From: an uncultured Microthrixaceae bacterium
GTDB lineage: Bacteria > Actinomycetota > Acidimicrobiia > Acidimicrobiales > DATDAH01
Assembly (NCBI GenBank): GCA_964649545.1
Contig: CAZYPY010000002.1
Span: 7,050 to 71,049 of the forward strand
Direction of reading: 5' to 3'
Length of the DNA: 64,000 nt
Shown: positions 19,841 to 28,927 of the stretch, piece by piece
Position numbering within the stretch: position 1 is the stretch's first letter
How the letters are laid out: every line of letters starts with the position of its first letter
The notes under the pieces: generated by a model
The model's database searches: none
What the model saw: the letters and a program-made list of their open reading frames with translations, nothing else
Told to the model about the DNA's origin: nothing
Program-made: the position numbers and the translations under genes

Positions 19841-20527
19841 TCAGGCGAGGTCGCCGGCGAGTTCCCGCAGCCGGTCGTGGAGCGCGGCGAGCTCGGTGGG
19901 CAGGTCGGCGTCGTCGACGGGGCCGTGGTGGCGGAGCTCCTCGGTGAAGAAGCCCGGCCGCTCGGGGAGGGCGAGCGCCTCGGCGATTCGGGCCACCCCG
20001 GCGGCGTAGGCGTCCGGGGGGAGGTCGAACGAGATGAGGGGGAACGGCGCCGCGTCGTGGGCCGCCACCAGGCGCTCGTTGTAGGCCTGCCAGAGGCGCA
20101 GCCCGACCTCGGGGGCGAGCCCGTCGCGCCGTTCGAGCGAGGCGGCCACCGCCAGCGGGTGGCGGAACGTCCCGACGAGCTCCAGGTCGGGCAGGCCCTC
20201 CTGCCAGAAGGGCAGGGTGAGCAGGGTGCGCGGGTCCTTGAAGCCCCACCGCCAGTCGGCGGCGTGGGCGGCGACGACCGCGGCCCGCTGGGTGCGGAAG
20301 TCGTCGTCCCACACGAGGTGGTCGGGCGGGCGGTCCCACGCACCACCGTTGTGCTCGAGCAGGCGGTCGTTCAGGTCCCGCACCGCGAGGCTCTCGCGGT
20401 TGCCCTTGCGGTTGTGCTGGGCCTGGGTGACGACCTCGCCGAGGTGCAGGCCCGCCTCCTCGAGCGAGCCGGCGAGGCTGCTCGTGCCACTGCGGTGCAT
20501 GCCGAGCACCGCGACGGGAGGGGCCAT
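19841..20527 (-). CDS. Sulfotransferase-family protein (paralog 4)
   Basis: VLGMHRSGTSSLAGSL is near-identical to the loop of paralog 2. Its stop lies 4 bp upstream of the GT2 start. Confidence 0.75.
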   Translation of the reverse strand: MAPPVAVLGMHRSGTSSLAGSLEEAGLHLGEVVTQAQHNRKGNRESLAVRDLNDRLLEHNGGAWDRPPDHLVWDDDFRTQRAAVVAAHAADWRWGFKDPRTLLTLPFWQEGLPDLELVGTFRHPLAVAASLERRDGLAPEVGLRLWQAYNERLVAAHDAAPFPLISFDLPPDAYAAGVARIAEALALPERPGFFTEELRHHGPVDDADLPTELAALHDRLRELAGDLA

Positions 20528-20530
20528 CGT

Positions 20531-22303
20531 CTAGTCGATGGTCGCCACGATGTCGCCGGCGCCGACCGAGTCGCCGGCGCTGACCTTGATCTCGCTGACC
20601 GTGCCGGCCTTGTCGGCGTTGATGTTGTTCTCCATCTTCATGGCCTCGAGCACACAGAGGGCCTGGCCCTCCTCCACCTCGTCACCCACCGCGACGAGCA
20701 CCTTGACGATCGTGCCCTGCATCGGCACGGTCACCTTTCCGGCGCCGGCGCCACCACCGCTCGACGCGTTGGCGGCGCGCCGGGGACGGGCCGACGCGGT
20801 ACCGCTGCCGGCGGCGGCCACGGCCACGCCGGCGGCCTCGGGAGCCCACACGCTGACCGCGAACCGGCGCCCGTTGACCTCGACGTCGACGTCGCGCCGC
20901 ACTTTGGGGGCCTCGCCCTCGCCGGCGGGCGCGGGAGCGGCCGGAGCCTTGACCCCGGAGAGGTCGAGGGTCTCCTCGACCCACTTGGTGGAGTGCTCGG
21001 CGGCGGCGAAGTCCGGGTGGCTGAGGATGGCCACGTCGGCGGGGATGGTCGTGGCGATGCCCTCGACCTTCATCTCGCCGAGCGCGCGCAGCATGCGGCG
21101 GCGGGCCTCCTCGCGGTCGCGACCCCAGGTGACGAGCTTGCCCACGAGGTTGTCGTAGAACTGGCTGATCTCGTCGCCGGACTCGTAGCCGCCGTCCCAG
21201 CGGGTGCCGAAGCCGTCCGGCACGACCAGGGTGTCGATGCGGCCGGGGGACGGCAGGAAGCGGCCGCCGGCCGGGTCCTCGGCGTTGATGCGGCATTCGA
21301 TGGCGTGGCCGCGGCGTTCGATCGAGTCCTGGGTGATGGAGAGGGGCTCGCCGCTGGCGACCCGGATCTGCTCGGCCACCAGGTCGACGCCGACCACCAT
21401 CTCGGTGACCGGGTGCTCGACCTGGAGCCGGGTGTTCATCTCGAGGAAGTAGAACTCGCCGTCCTGCAGGAGGAACTCGACGGTGCCGGCGTTGACGTAG
21501 CCGCAGGCCTGGGCGACGTGGACGCTGGCCTCGCCCATGGCCTGGCGGATCTCGTCCGGGAATGCGGGGGCGGGGCTCTCCTCGATGAGCTTCTGGTGGC
21601 GACGCTGGGCCGAGCAGTCGCGCTCGCCGAGCCACACGCAGTTGCCGTGGGTGTCGGCGATGACCTGCATCTCGACGTGGCGGGGCCAGGTCAGGTAGCG
21701 CTCGAGGTAGATCTCGTCACGGCCGAAGTAGGCCAGCGCCTCGCGCTGGGCCGACTCGATGGCCGACTCGATCTCGTCGGCGCTGCGCACGACCTTCATG
21801 CCGCGGCCGCCGCCGCCGTACGCCGCCTTGATCGCGATGGGGTAGCCGTAATCCTCGCCGAAGGCCCGCACCTGGGCGGGGTCGGTCACCGGGTCGTTGC
21901 GGCCCGGCACGCCGTTGACCCCGGCCTTCTCGGCGGCGAGGCGGCTGGAGATCTTGTCGCCCATGACCTCGATGGCCTCGGGGGGCGGGCCGATCCAGGC
22001 CACCGAGCCGCTGGCGATGATGGCCCGGGCGAAGTCGGTGTTCTCGGAGAAGAACCCGTAGCCGGGGTGGACCCCGTCGGCGCCGCTGCGCTCGATGGCG
22101 GCCATGATGGCCTCGGTGTTGAGGTAGCTCTCGGCCGCGGTCTGGCCGCCGAGGGCGTAGGCCTCGTCGGCGAGGCGCACGTGCAGCGCGTCGCGATCGA
22201 GCTCGGAGTACACGGCGACGGTGCCGATCCCCAGCTCACGGCAGGTGCGGATGACCCGGACGGCGATCTCGCCCCGGTTGGCGATCAGGATCTTCGAGAG
22301 CAC
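20531..22303 (-). CDS. accA: Acetyl/propionyl-CoA carboxylase alpha chain (biotin carboxylase plus BCCP domain)
   Basis: KILIANRGEIAVRVIRT, ATP-grasp region, and C-terminal biotinyl motif CVLEAMKMEN. Confidence 0.93.
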   Translation of the reverse strand: MLSKILIANRGEIAVRVIRTCRELGIGTVAVYSELDRDALHVRLADEAYALGGQTAAESYLNTEAIMAAIERSGADGVHPGYGFFSENTDFARAIIASGSVAWIGPPPEAIEVMGDKISSRLAAEKAGVNGVPGRNDPVTDPAQVRAFGEDYGYPIAIKAAYGGGGRGMKVVRSADEIESAIESAQREALAYFGRDEIYLERYLTWPRHVEMQVIADTHGNCVWLGERDCSAQRRHQKLIEESPAPAFPDEIRQAMGEASVHVAQACGYVNAGTVEFLLQDGEFYFLEMNTRLQVEHPVTEMVVGVDLVAEQIRVASGEPLSITQDSIERRGHAIECRINAEDPAGGRFLPSPGRIDTLVVPDGFGTRWDGGYESGDEISQFYDNLVGKLVTWGRDREEARRRMLRALGEMKVEGIATTIPADVAILSHPDFAAAEHSTKWVEETLDLSGVKAPAAPAPAGEGEAPKVRRDVDVEVNGRRFAVSVWAPEAAGVAVAAAGSGTASARPRRAANASSGGGAGAGKVTVPMQGTIVKVLVAVGDEVEEGQALCVLEAMKMENNINADKAGTVSEIKVSAGDSVGAGDIVATID

Positions 22304-22308
22304 CCCCT

Positions 22309-23148
22309 ATGGTTAGTGCCGTGCCGGGTAGTGATGCCAGCCTCACGCCCCCCTCGGTGCGGGCGGCCGTCGCGGAGACCCGGTTCGCCGACGTCCGTTG
22401 GGTCGCCGAGACGGGCTCCACCAACGCGGACCTCGCCACCCTGGCCGCGACGGGCGCCTCGGAGGGCGTCGTGCTCGTGGCCGACCACCAGACCGCGGGG
22501 CGGGGCCGGTTGGGACGCACCTGGACGGCGCCGGCAGGGTCGTCGCTGCTGGTCTCGGTGCTGTTGCGCCCGAACCTGCCCGTGGGCCACGCCCACGCCC
22601 TGAACACCGCCGTGGCCCTCGCCGCACGCGAGGCGTGCGAGGCGGTCGCCGGGGTGACGCCGGCGCTCAAGTGGCCCAACGACCTCGTGGTGGCGGTTCC
22701 CGCCGCGGGAGGCGCCGAGCGCAAGCTCGCCGGAGTGCTCGCGGAGTCCACCCTCCGGGGTGACCACGTGGATGCCGCGGTCGTCGGCCTCGGCCTCAAC
22801 GTGAACTGGCCGCAGGAGCTGCCCGACGAGATCGCCGGCATCGCCACCGCCCTCAACCACCTGACGGGCGGGGCGGTCGACCGCGCCGAGTTGCTCGCCG
22901 CGCTGCTCGTCGGGCTCGATCGTCGCTACACCGTGCTGGGTGCCCCCGGTGGTCGGGCGTCGCTGCGCGAGGAGGAGCACGACGCGTCGGCCACCCTCGG
23001 CCGCCGGGTGCGCGTCCTGCGCGCCCACGACGAGCTCGAGGGCGTGGCCGTGGGCTTCACCGACGACGGTGCACTGCGCCTCGAGGTCGACACCGACGTG
23101 GTGATCGTCCCCGTCGGCGACGTCGTCCACCTGCGGCCTGCTACCTAG
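22309..23148 (+). CDS. birA: Biotin--[acetyl-CoA-carboxylase] ligase
   Basis: ETGSTNADL...VADHQTAGRGRLGRTW is the GRGRxGR motif. The start is only 5 bp from the divergent accA start, so the exact start is uncertain. Confidence 0.88.
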   Translation: MVSAVPGSDASLTPPSVRAAVAETRFADVRWVAETGSTNADLATLAATGASEGVVLVADHQTAGRGRLGRTWTAPAGSSLLVSVLLRPNLPVGHAHALNTAVALAAREACEAVAGVTPALKWPNDLVVAVPAAGGAERKLAGVLAESTLRGDHVDAAVVGLGLNVNWPQELPDEIAGIATALNHLTGGAVDRAELLAALLVGLDRRYTVLGAPGGRASLREEEHDASATLGRRVRVLRAHDELEGVAVGFTDDGALRLEVDTDVVIVPVGDVVHLRPAT

Positions 23149-23343
23149 CTCCTCCTTCGTCGGAGCGCCTTCGGCATCCGGTTCACCTGCTCCGCTGCCC
23201 GCCTCCGGCGGTCAACCTCACGACAGGTGACCTTGCTCCTCGTTCGTCGGAGCGCCTTCGGCCCACCGCCTAGCTCCTCCTTCGTCGGAGCGCCTTCGGC
23301 ATCCGGTTCGCCCTCGTCGCTGCCCGCCTCCGGCGGTCAACCT
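23146..23343. repeat. Cluster of the repeat family: two full copies plus one partial copy
   Basis: Copies at 23146-23218 and 23271-23343 share tagctcctccttcgtcggagcgccttcggcatccggttc...gctgcccgcctccggcggtcaacct. A partial copy (ttgctcctcgttcgtcggagcgccttcggc) lies at 23233-23262. The birA stop codon TAG is the first triplet of copy 1. Confidence 0.9.
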
Positions 23344-23397
23344 TGCGATCGCGGCGACGCGACGGGCCACCGAGGCTGGCGGCTCGATCGCTGCCGG

Positions 23398-24129
23398 TCA
23401 GTCGAGGGCGGCGGACTCGTAGAGGGGGAGCACCAGGGCGTCGCAGTGCTGGTGGAGCTTGGCCTCGAGGTACGCCGGGTCGAGCTCGTCGAGCACGCGG
23501 TGCTTCACCGGGCCCCGGAACTCGTGGGAGCGCCCGAGATCGAGGGTGTCCGACGCGACGCCGGCGAACGCCGCCAGCCGGTCGGCGTGGGTGCGGATGT
23601 CGGGCGTGCGCAGCACGAGCAGGCGCTCGGGGGGCACGTGGGCCACGACCTGGGCGTTGAAGCGGGCGTACTCCGAGAAGAACCCGTCGAGCGTCGGCAG
23701 GCCGCGGGTCGCGAGCGCCGTCTCCTCGGGGGGATGCCCCGTGGGTGGGCCGTGGCGGAGGGCCCGCAGCTCGAGCCACCGGGGGGAGGCGTAGGTGACC
23801 ATCTGGTTGATCTTCGAGTCGAGCCACGAGAGGGGCTCGCGCAGGGTGAGCACGTAGCGGGCGTCGGGGTACCGGGGAACCAGCACGTCGATGATCTCGC
23901 CGTTCAGGAACGACGAGTCGACCTCGAGGGCGAGCCGGGCATCCTTGGCGTCGAGGTACCGCTCGAGCTCGGCGTCGGCCAGCTCACGGCGGAGCCGGGC
24001 CTCGACCAGCGGACGCAGGTCGTGGGCCTCGGGCTCGTGCTCGGCCCGATAGGCGGAGAACAGACCCGCCACCGAGTGGGTGCCGGTCTTCTCGTCGCCG
24101 ACGCAGAACAGGCGGTCCATCGCGGTCAC
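23398..24129 (-). CDS. Sulfotransferase-like P-loop protein (paralog 5, Sulfotransfer_4-like)
   Basis: FCVGDEKTGTHSVAGLF N-terminal loop; size 243 aa. Lies 10 bp downstream of pabC on the same strand. Confidence 0.55.
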   Translation of the reverse strand: MTAMDRLFCVGDEKTGTHSVAGLFSAYRAEHEPEAHDLRPLVEARLRRELADAELERYLDAKDARLALEVDSSFLNGEIIDVLVPRYPDARYVLTLREPLSWLDSKINQMVTYASPRWLELRALRHGPPTGHPPEETALATRGLPTLDGFFSEYARFNAQVVAHVPPERLLVLRTPDIRTHADRLAAFAGVASDTLDLGRSHEFRGPVKHRVLDELDPAYLEAKLHQHCDALVLPLYESAALD

Positions 24130-24139
24130 GCCGACAGCA

Positions 24140-24982
24140 TCACGGGTCGAGCGTGCGGGCGGCCAGCGCGGCCAGCACCGCCGCCGCGGCCTCGGTGTGC
24201 GGGCCGGGACAGGAGGGCAGGACCTGGCCGTCCACCTGGGAGATGGGCTGCACGTCGCGGGTGCTGGAGGTCAGGAAGGCCTCGTCGGCCCCGGCGAGGG
24301 CCTCGAGGGGGACATCGCACTCGATCGCCCCGGAGGTCTCGAGCACCAGCTCTCGGGTGATCCCGCCGAGGCAGCCGGCCGAGAGCGTGGGGGTCACGAG
24401 GCGACCCTCGTGCACGAGGAAGACGTTCGAGCCGGTGCCCTCGCAGAGGAGGCCGACCGTGTTGGGGAAGATCGCCTCGCTGGCGCCCCGCTCATGCGCG
24501 TAGGTGAGGGCGACGACGTTCTCCGCGTAGGAGACGGTCTTCAGGCCCGCCACCGCGCTGCGCTCGTTGCGGGGCCACGGCACCGTCACGACGGCGGTGG
24601 ACGGCGGCCACACGGTGGTGGCGGACGCGGCGATGACCACGGTGGGCAGGACGGTGCCGCGATCGGACCCGAGCGGGCCGGGACCGCCGGTGACCGTGGT
24701 GCGGAGGCGACCGGTTCCCGGGCCGTTGGCGTGGATGACCGCGTCGATGGCGGCGGCGAGCTCCTCGTCGGTGTAGGGCAGGGTGATCCGCAGGCCTCCC
24801 GCCGACCGGCGGAGGCGCGCCAGGTGACGGCGGAGGGCGAACGGCACGCCGTCGACGACCTTGGTGGTCTCGAACACGCCGTCGCCCACCAACAGGCCGT
24901 GGTCGAACGGGGAGACCCGCGCGTCGCCCGCCCGGCACAGCGTGCCGTCGATCCACACCACCGACTCGTCGAGCAGGCTCAT
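24140..24982 (-). CDS. pabC: Class IV aminotransferase-fold protein, probably aminodeoxychorismate lyase
   Basis: ARVSPFDHGLLVGDGVFETTKV...RHLARLRRSA matches fold-type IV PLP enzymes. Lies directly downstream of pabB. Confidence 0.75.
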   Translation of the reverse strand: MSLLDESVVWIDGTLCRAGDARVSPFDHGLLVGDGVFETTKVVDGVPFALRRHLARLRRSAGGLRITLPYTDEELAAAIDAVIHANGPGTGRLRTTVTGGPGPLGSDRGTVLPTVVIAASATTVWPPSTAVVTVPWPRNERSAVAGLKTVSYAENVVALTYAHERGASEAIFPNTVGLLCEGTGSNVFLVHEGRLVTPTLSAGCLGGITRELVLETSGAIECDVPLEALAGADEAFLTSSTRDVQPISQVDGQVLPSCPGPHTEAAAAVLAALAARTLDP

Positions 24983-25025
24983 GCGCCCACCTCCCTTGCT
25001 GTCACCTCGCGCCTCCGGTCCTGGT

Positions 25026-26057
25026 TCATGCGCTCACCGGCGAGGGGTGGGCCGAGGCCACCCGCAGGAGGCGGCGGGCCTTCAGCTCGGTCTCCTCCCA
25101 CTCGCCCTCGGGCGTCGAGTCCCACGTGATCCCGCCCCCGGTGCCGAAGTGCAGCTCGCCGTCCTCGGTCCAGAAGGTGCGGATGGCGACGTTGAGCTCG
25201 CCGAGGCGGCGGTCGGCGTCGACCCAACCGACCGCCCCGCAGTACACGCCCCGACCCACCGGCTCGAGGCGCCCGATGTGATCGAGCGCGGCCAGCTTGG
25301 GTGCCCCGGTGACCGAGCCCGGTGGGAAGGTGGCGTCGAACAGGTCGGCCCAGCCCCGTCCCGGCCGGAGGCGGCCCGTCACGGTGCTGACGAGGTGCAC
25401 CAAGCCGGGGTGGGGCTCGACCTCCAGCAACCCGGGGACCTCGACCGAGCCCCACTCGCACACCCGGCCGAGGTCGTTGCGGACGAGGTCGACGATCATC
25501 ACGTTCTCGGCGCGGTCCTTGGGGAGGAGCCCGGCCGCGGTGGCGGCGGTGCCCTTGATGGGTGAGCTGGCCACGAGGTCGCCGTCGCGCCGTAGGAAGC
25601 GCTCGGGGGAGGCCGACGCGACGTGGACCCCGTGGGTCGGGAGGTCCACCACGGCCGAATAGGGGGCCGGGTTCCCCTCGGCGAGCGCCGCCCCGAGGGC
25701 CGGGATCTCGGCGTCGCGGGGGAGCGGGGCGCTCAGGCGGCGGGTGAGGTTGACCTGGTAGACGTCGCCGGCGGCGATGGCGGCTCGGATGGCGCGCACG
25801 CCGGCTTCGAACTGCTCCCGGTCGAGCGAGGATCGCCACTCGTCGGTGCGGGGTCCCCGCCACGGCGCCCCGGGCCAGGGCGGCGCGGGCCGGACCTCGG
25901 CGAAGCGGGCGCAGACCGGCGACCCCTCGAAGGGAACCACGACCGCCCAGAACCCCTCGCCGTCGAGCACGGTGAGGTCGGCGGTGACGTCGAGCAGGCC
26001 GGTGCACAGCCGGCCCCCGACCACCGCCAACGACCGCTCGGACCCGACCACCCGCAC
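25026..26057 (-). CDS. pabB: Aminodeoxychorismate synthase component I (short form)
   Basis: GDVYQVNLTRRL, SASPERFL, SSPIKGT, PPGSVTGAPK and GGGITWDS are chorismate-utilising enzyme motifs. The start is uncertain (GTG 26057 or 26051). The rest of the 879-aa supplied ORF is shadow frame. Confidence 0.8.
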   Translation of the reverse strand: MRVVGSERSLAVVGGRLCTGLLDVTADLTVLDGEGFWAVVVPFEGSPVCARFAEVRPAPPWPGAPWRGPRTDEWRSSLDREQFEAGVRAIRAAIAAGDVYQVNLTRRLSAPLPRDAEIPALGAALAEGNPAPYSAVVDLPTHGVHVASASPERFLRRDGDLVASSPIKGTAATAAGLLPKDRAENVMIVDLVRNDLGRVCEWGSVEVPGLLEVEPHPGLVHLVSTVTGRLRPGRGWADLFDATFPPGSVTGAPKLAALDHIGRLEPVGRGVYCGAVGWVDADRRLGELNVAIRTFWTEDGELHFGTGGGITWDSTPEGEWEETELKARRLLRVASAHPSPVSA

Positions 26058-26069
26058 AGCGTAGGGGTG

Positions 26070-27539
26070 ATGTCCGGCGGGGGTGACCAGCCGGTAGCCT
26101 CGGCTGCCGTGTCCGCCCGCCCGGGCGTGCCGGGCCGTCGCACCTGGCCCCAGCGCCTCCTGATCACCTTCAACGTCTTCCTCGTCGTCACCTGCCTGGT
26201 GATCGCCGGAGGCCTCGGCTACTTCAACTACAAGTTCGGGCGGCTCCCGCGCGTCTCCATCGAGACCGGGGTGCTGGCCGAGACCGAGGCGCCGAGCGAG
26301 CCCCAGAACTACCTCGTCGTCGGCACGGACGACGCCGCGCGCCTCGACCCGTCGGACCCGGTCACGAACGGCCGGGACGAGCTCGGGGTGCTGTCCGACA
26401 CGATCATGGTGCTGCGCGTCGACCCGGACGAGCAGAAGGCACAGCTGCTGTCGCTGCCCCGCGACCTCTGGGTGCCGATCTCCGGCGGGGGTGAGTCCCG
26501 CATCAACGCCGCGCTGTCGATCGGTGGGCCCGAGGCCCTCATCAACACGATCCAGGACTACCTCGGCATCGAGATCAACCACTACCTCCAGATGGACTTC
26601 TTCGGGTTCAAAGAACTCGTCTCCGCGGTGGACGGCATCCCGATCTACTTCGAGTACCCGGTCCGCGACGAAAAGACCGGGCTGAGCGTCCCCACCGCCG
26701 GCTGCATCACCCTGAGCCCCGAGCAGGCCCTGGCCTACGCCCGGTCGCGCTCGTTCGAGTACCAGGACGAGTCGGGCTGGCACGTCGACGGCACGGGCGA
26801 CCTGGGGCGCATCAGCCGGCAGCAGGACTTCATCCGACGCGCCATCCAACGGGCGGTGGTCAAAGGCATCCGCAACCCGGTGACGCTCAACCAGCTCGTC
26901 AACGTCGGGATCGGCAACGTCACCGTGGACGACACCCTGACCGCCCAGGACATCTTCGGCCTGGGCAAGCGCTTCCGAACCTTCGAGCCCGACGAGCTCG
27001 AGACCCACTCGCTCGACGTCGTCGACGACGTGATCAACGGCGCGCAGGTGCTGCGCCTCGCGGACACGGACGAGAACACCGCCGTCCTCGACATCTTCCG
27101 GGGGGTCGAGGTCGGGGGCGATGACCCCGCCAGCGTCCAGCTCGAGGTGCTCAACGGCTCCGGCACCGCGGGCCAGGCCGGGCTCGTGGCCGACGAGCTC
27201 GGGGGGGTGGGCTTCACCGTCATCGGGACCGGCGACGCGGAACGGTTCGACTTCCCCACCACGGTGGTGCGCTACACCCCGGGGAACGAGGCGGCCGCCG
27301 ACCTGGTCGTGCGTCACCTCGCCGCGGGCGGGCAGGTGGAGGAGGTCGCCGACCTCCCCGCACCCGTGGTGGTCGTGACCGGCCTCGACTACGCCGGCGT
27401 GAACGCCGAGCCCGCCCCCAGCCAGCTCGTCACGACGACCACGACGACCGTCGCCCCGGTCCCGGGGGCCACCACCACCACCACCGAGGTCATCGGCGAG
27501 GTGCCCGGGCCGCCCCCCGCGGGCCAGGCGTGCGGCTGA
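26070..27539 (+). CDS. LytR-CpsA-Psr (LCP) glycopolymer ligase with a LytR_C domain and a poly-Thr tail
   Basis: N-terminal TM helix, then YLVVGTDD...SDTIMVLRVDP...LLSLPRDLWVPI...INAA is the LCP core. LEVLNGSGTAGQAG is the LytR_C domain. C-terminal tail TTTTTTVAPVPGATTTTTE. Confidence 0.88.
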   Translation: MSGGGDQPVASAAVSARPGVPGRRTWPQRLLITFNVFLVVTCLVIAGGLGYFNYKFGRLPRVSIETGVLAETEAPSEPQNYLVVGTDDAARLDPSDPVTNGRDELGVLSDTIMVLRVDPDEQKAQLLSLPRDLWVPISGGGESRINAALSIGGPEALINTIQDYLGIEINHYLQMDFFGFKELVSAVDGIPIYFEYPVRDEKTGLSVPTAGCITLSPEQALAYARSRSFEYQDESGWHVDGTGDLGRISRQQDFIRRAIQRAVVKGIRNPVTLNQLVNVGIGNVTVDDTLTAQDIFGLGKRFRTFEPDELETHSLDVVDDVINGAQVLRLADTDENTAVLDIFRGVEVGGDDPASVQLEVLNGSGTAGQAGLVADELGGVGFTVIGTGDAERFDFPTTVVRYTPGNEAAADLVVRHLAAGGQVEEVADLPAPVVVVTGLDYAGVNAEPAPSQLVTTTTTTVAPVPGATTTTTEVIGEVPGPPPAGQACG

Positions 27540-27645
27540 CCCACCCGGATCGGCGCGCGAGACCCGCCGCCCCCGACCGGTGCCGTGCCGTGCAACGGGC
27601 GGTCGCTCCTGGGGTGCGGCGCGGCCCCCGTGGTACAACCTGGCG

Positions 27646-28926
27646 ATGAGCAAGGTCGCCGTCATCGGGGCGGGCTACGTCGGATTGACGACCGCTGCGT
27701 GCTTCGCCCACCTCGGCCACGAGGTCTTCTGCGCCGACATCGATGCCGAGCGGATCGCGCAACTGCAACGCGGTGAGGTGCCCATCCTCGAGGCCGGGCT
27801 CGAGCAGCTCGTGGCCGAGGGCATCAAGTCCGGTCGCCTGCACTTCGTGCTCGGGGCGGCGCGGGCGGCCGAGCAGGCCGAGTTCTCCTATCTGAGCGTG
27901 CCCACCCCGCAGGGCCACGACGGGCGCGCCGATCTCTCCTACATCGAGGCCGCCGCGCGCGAGATCGGCCCGGTCCTGCCCCCCGAGGCCATCGTGGTCA
28001 ACAAGTCGACGGTCCCGGTGGGGTCGACCCGCGTGGTCGAGCACGCGCTGGGCCGCAGCGACGTGTACGTGGTGTCGAACCCGGAGTTCCTCCGCGAAGG
28101 CTCCGCGGTCTCCGACTTCCTCCACCCCGACCGGGTCGTCATCGGCAGCGAGGACCAGGGCGCGGCCATCCGGGTCGCGTCGCTCTACGTGGGCGTTCCC
28201 GCGCCGCTCATGGTCACCGACCCGGCGTCGGCCGAGACCATCAAGTACGCGAGCAACGCGTTCCTCGCCACCAAGCTCTCCTTCGTCAACGCGGTGGCCG
28301 CGGTGTGCGAGGCGGTCGGCGCCGACGTGAACGACGTCGTGCTCGGGATGGGCTACGACAAGCGCATCGGGCACGACTTCTTGAAGCCCGGACCCGGCTA
28401 CGGCGGCTCGTGCTTCCCCAAGGACACCTCCGCGCTGATCCGCATCGCCGAGGACGGTGGGTACGACTTCCGGCTGCTGAAGGGCGTGGTCGACGTCAAC
28501 GAGGAGCAGTTCGACCGGGTCGTCCGCAAGGTGACCGAGATGGCCGGCGGCTCGCTCCAGGGCGTCACCGTCGCGGCCTGGGGACTCACCTTCAAGGCCC
28601 GCACCGACGACCTCCGGGAGTCGCCGGCACTGCAGATCCTCGGCCGGATCCTCGCCGAGGGCGCCACCGTGCGGGCCTACGACCCGGCGGTCACCGGTTC
28701 GGTGTCGACCCACCCGGCGATCGAGGTCTGCGACGACCCGTACGCACCGTGTGCCGGGGCCCACGTGCTCGTCGTCCTCACCGAGTGGGACGAGTTCCGC
28801 TGGCTCGACCTCGACAAGGTCGCCGAGACCATGGCCGAGCCCGCCGTCATCGATGCCCGGAACCTGCTCGACCGCTCCGCCGTGCAGCGCCGCGGCTTCC
28901 GGTTCGAGGGCATCGGGCGCCGCTGA
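27646..28926 (+). CDS. ugd: UDP-glucose 6-dehydrogenase
   Basis: [27 protein letters not shown] catalytic Cys motif. Confidence 0.92.
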   Translation: MSKVAVIGAGYVGLTTAACFAHLGHEVFCADIDAERIAQLQRGEVPILEAGLEQLVAEGIKSGRLHFVLGAARAAEQAEFSYLSVPTPQGHDGRADLSYIEAAAREIGPVLPPEAIVVNKSTVPVGSTRVVEHALGRSDVYVVSNPEFLREGSAVSDFLHPDRVVIGSEDQGAAIRVASLYVGVPAPLMVTDPASAETIKYASNAFLATKLSFVNAVAAVCEAVGADVNDVVLGMGYDKRIGHDFLKPGPGYGGSCFPKDTSALIRIAEDGGYDFRLLKGVVDVNEEQFDRVVRKVTEMAGGSLQGVTVAAWGLTFKARTDDLRESPALQILGRILAEGATVRAYDPAVTGSVSTHPAIEVCDDPYAPCAGAHVLVVLTEWDEFRWLDLDKVAETMAEPAVIDARNLLDRSAVQRRGFRFEGIGRR

Positions 28927-28927
28927 C

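Noticed and set aside
18756-23343. Possibility that the tandem and clustered repeats are a CRISPR array.
   Set aside because: Each locus has only two to three units. The spacers are 13 bp or are themselves partial repeats. The unit length (71-73 bp) is wrong for CRISPR, and no cas genes are present.
25026-27665. The 879-aa minus-strand ORF treated as one gene.
   Set aside because: Only the last 344 codons or so carry chorismate-utilising enzyme motifs (PabB). The upstream part is shadow sequence antisense to the well-supported LCP gene.
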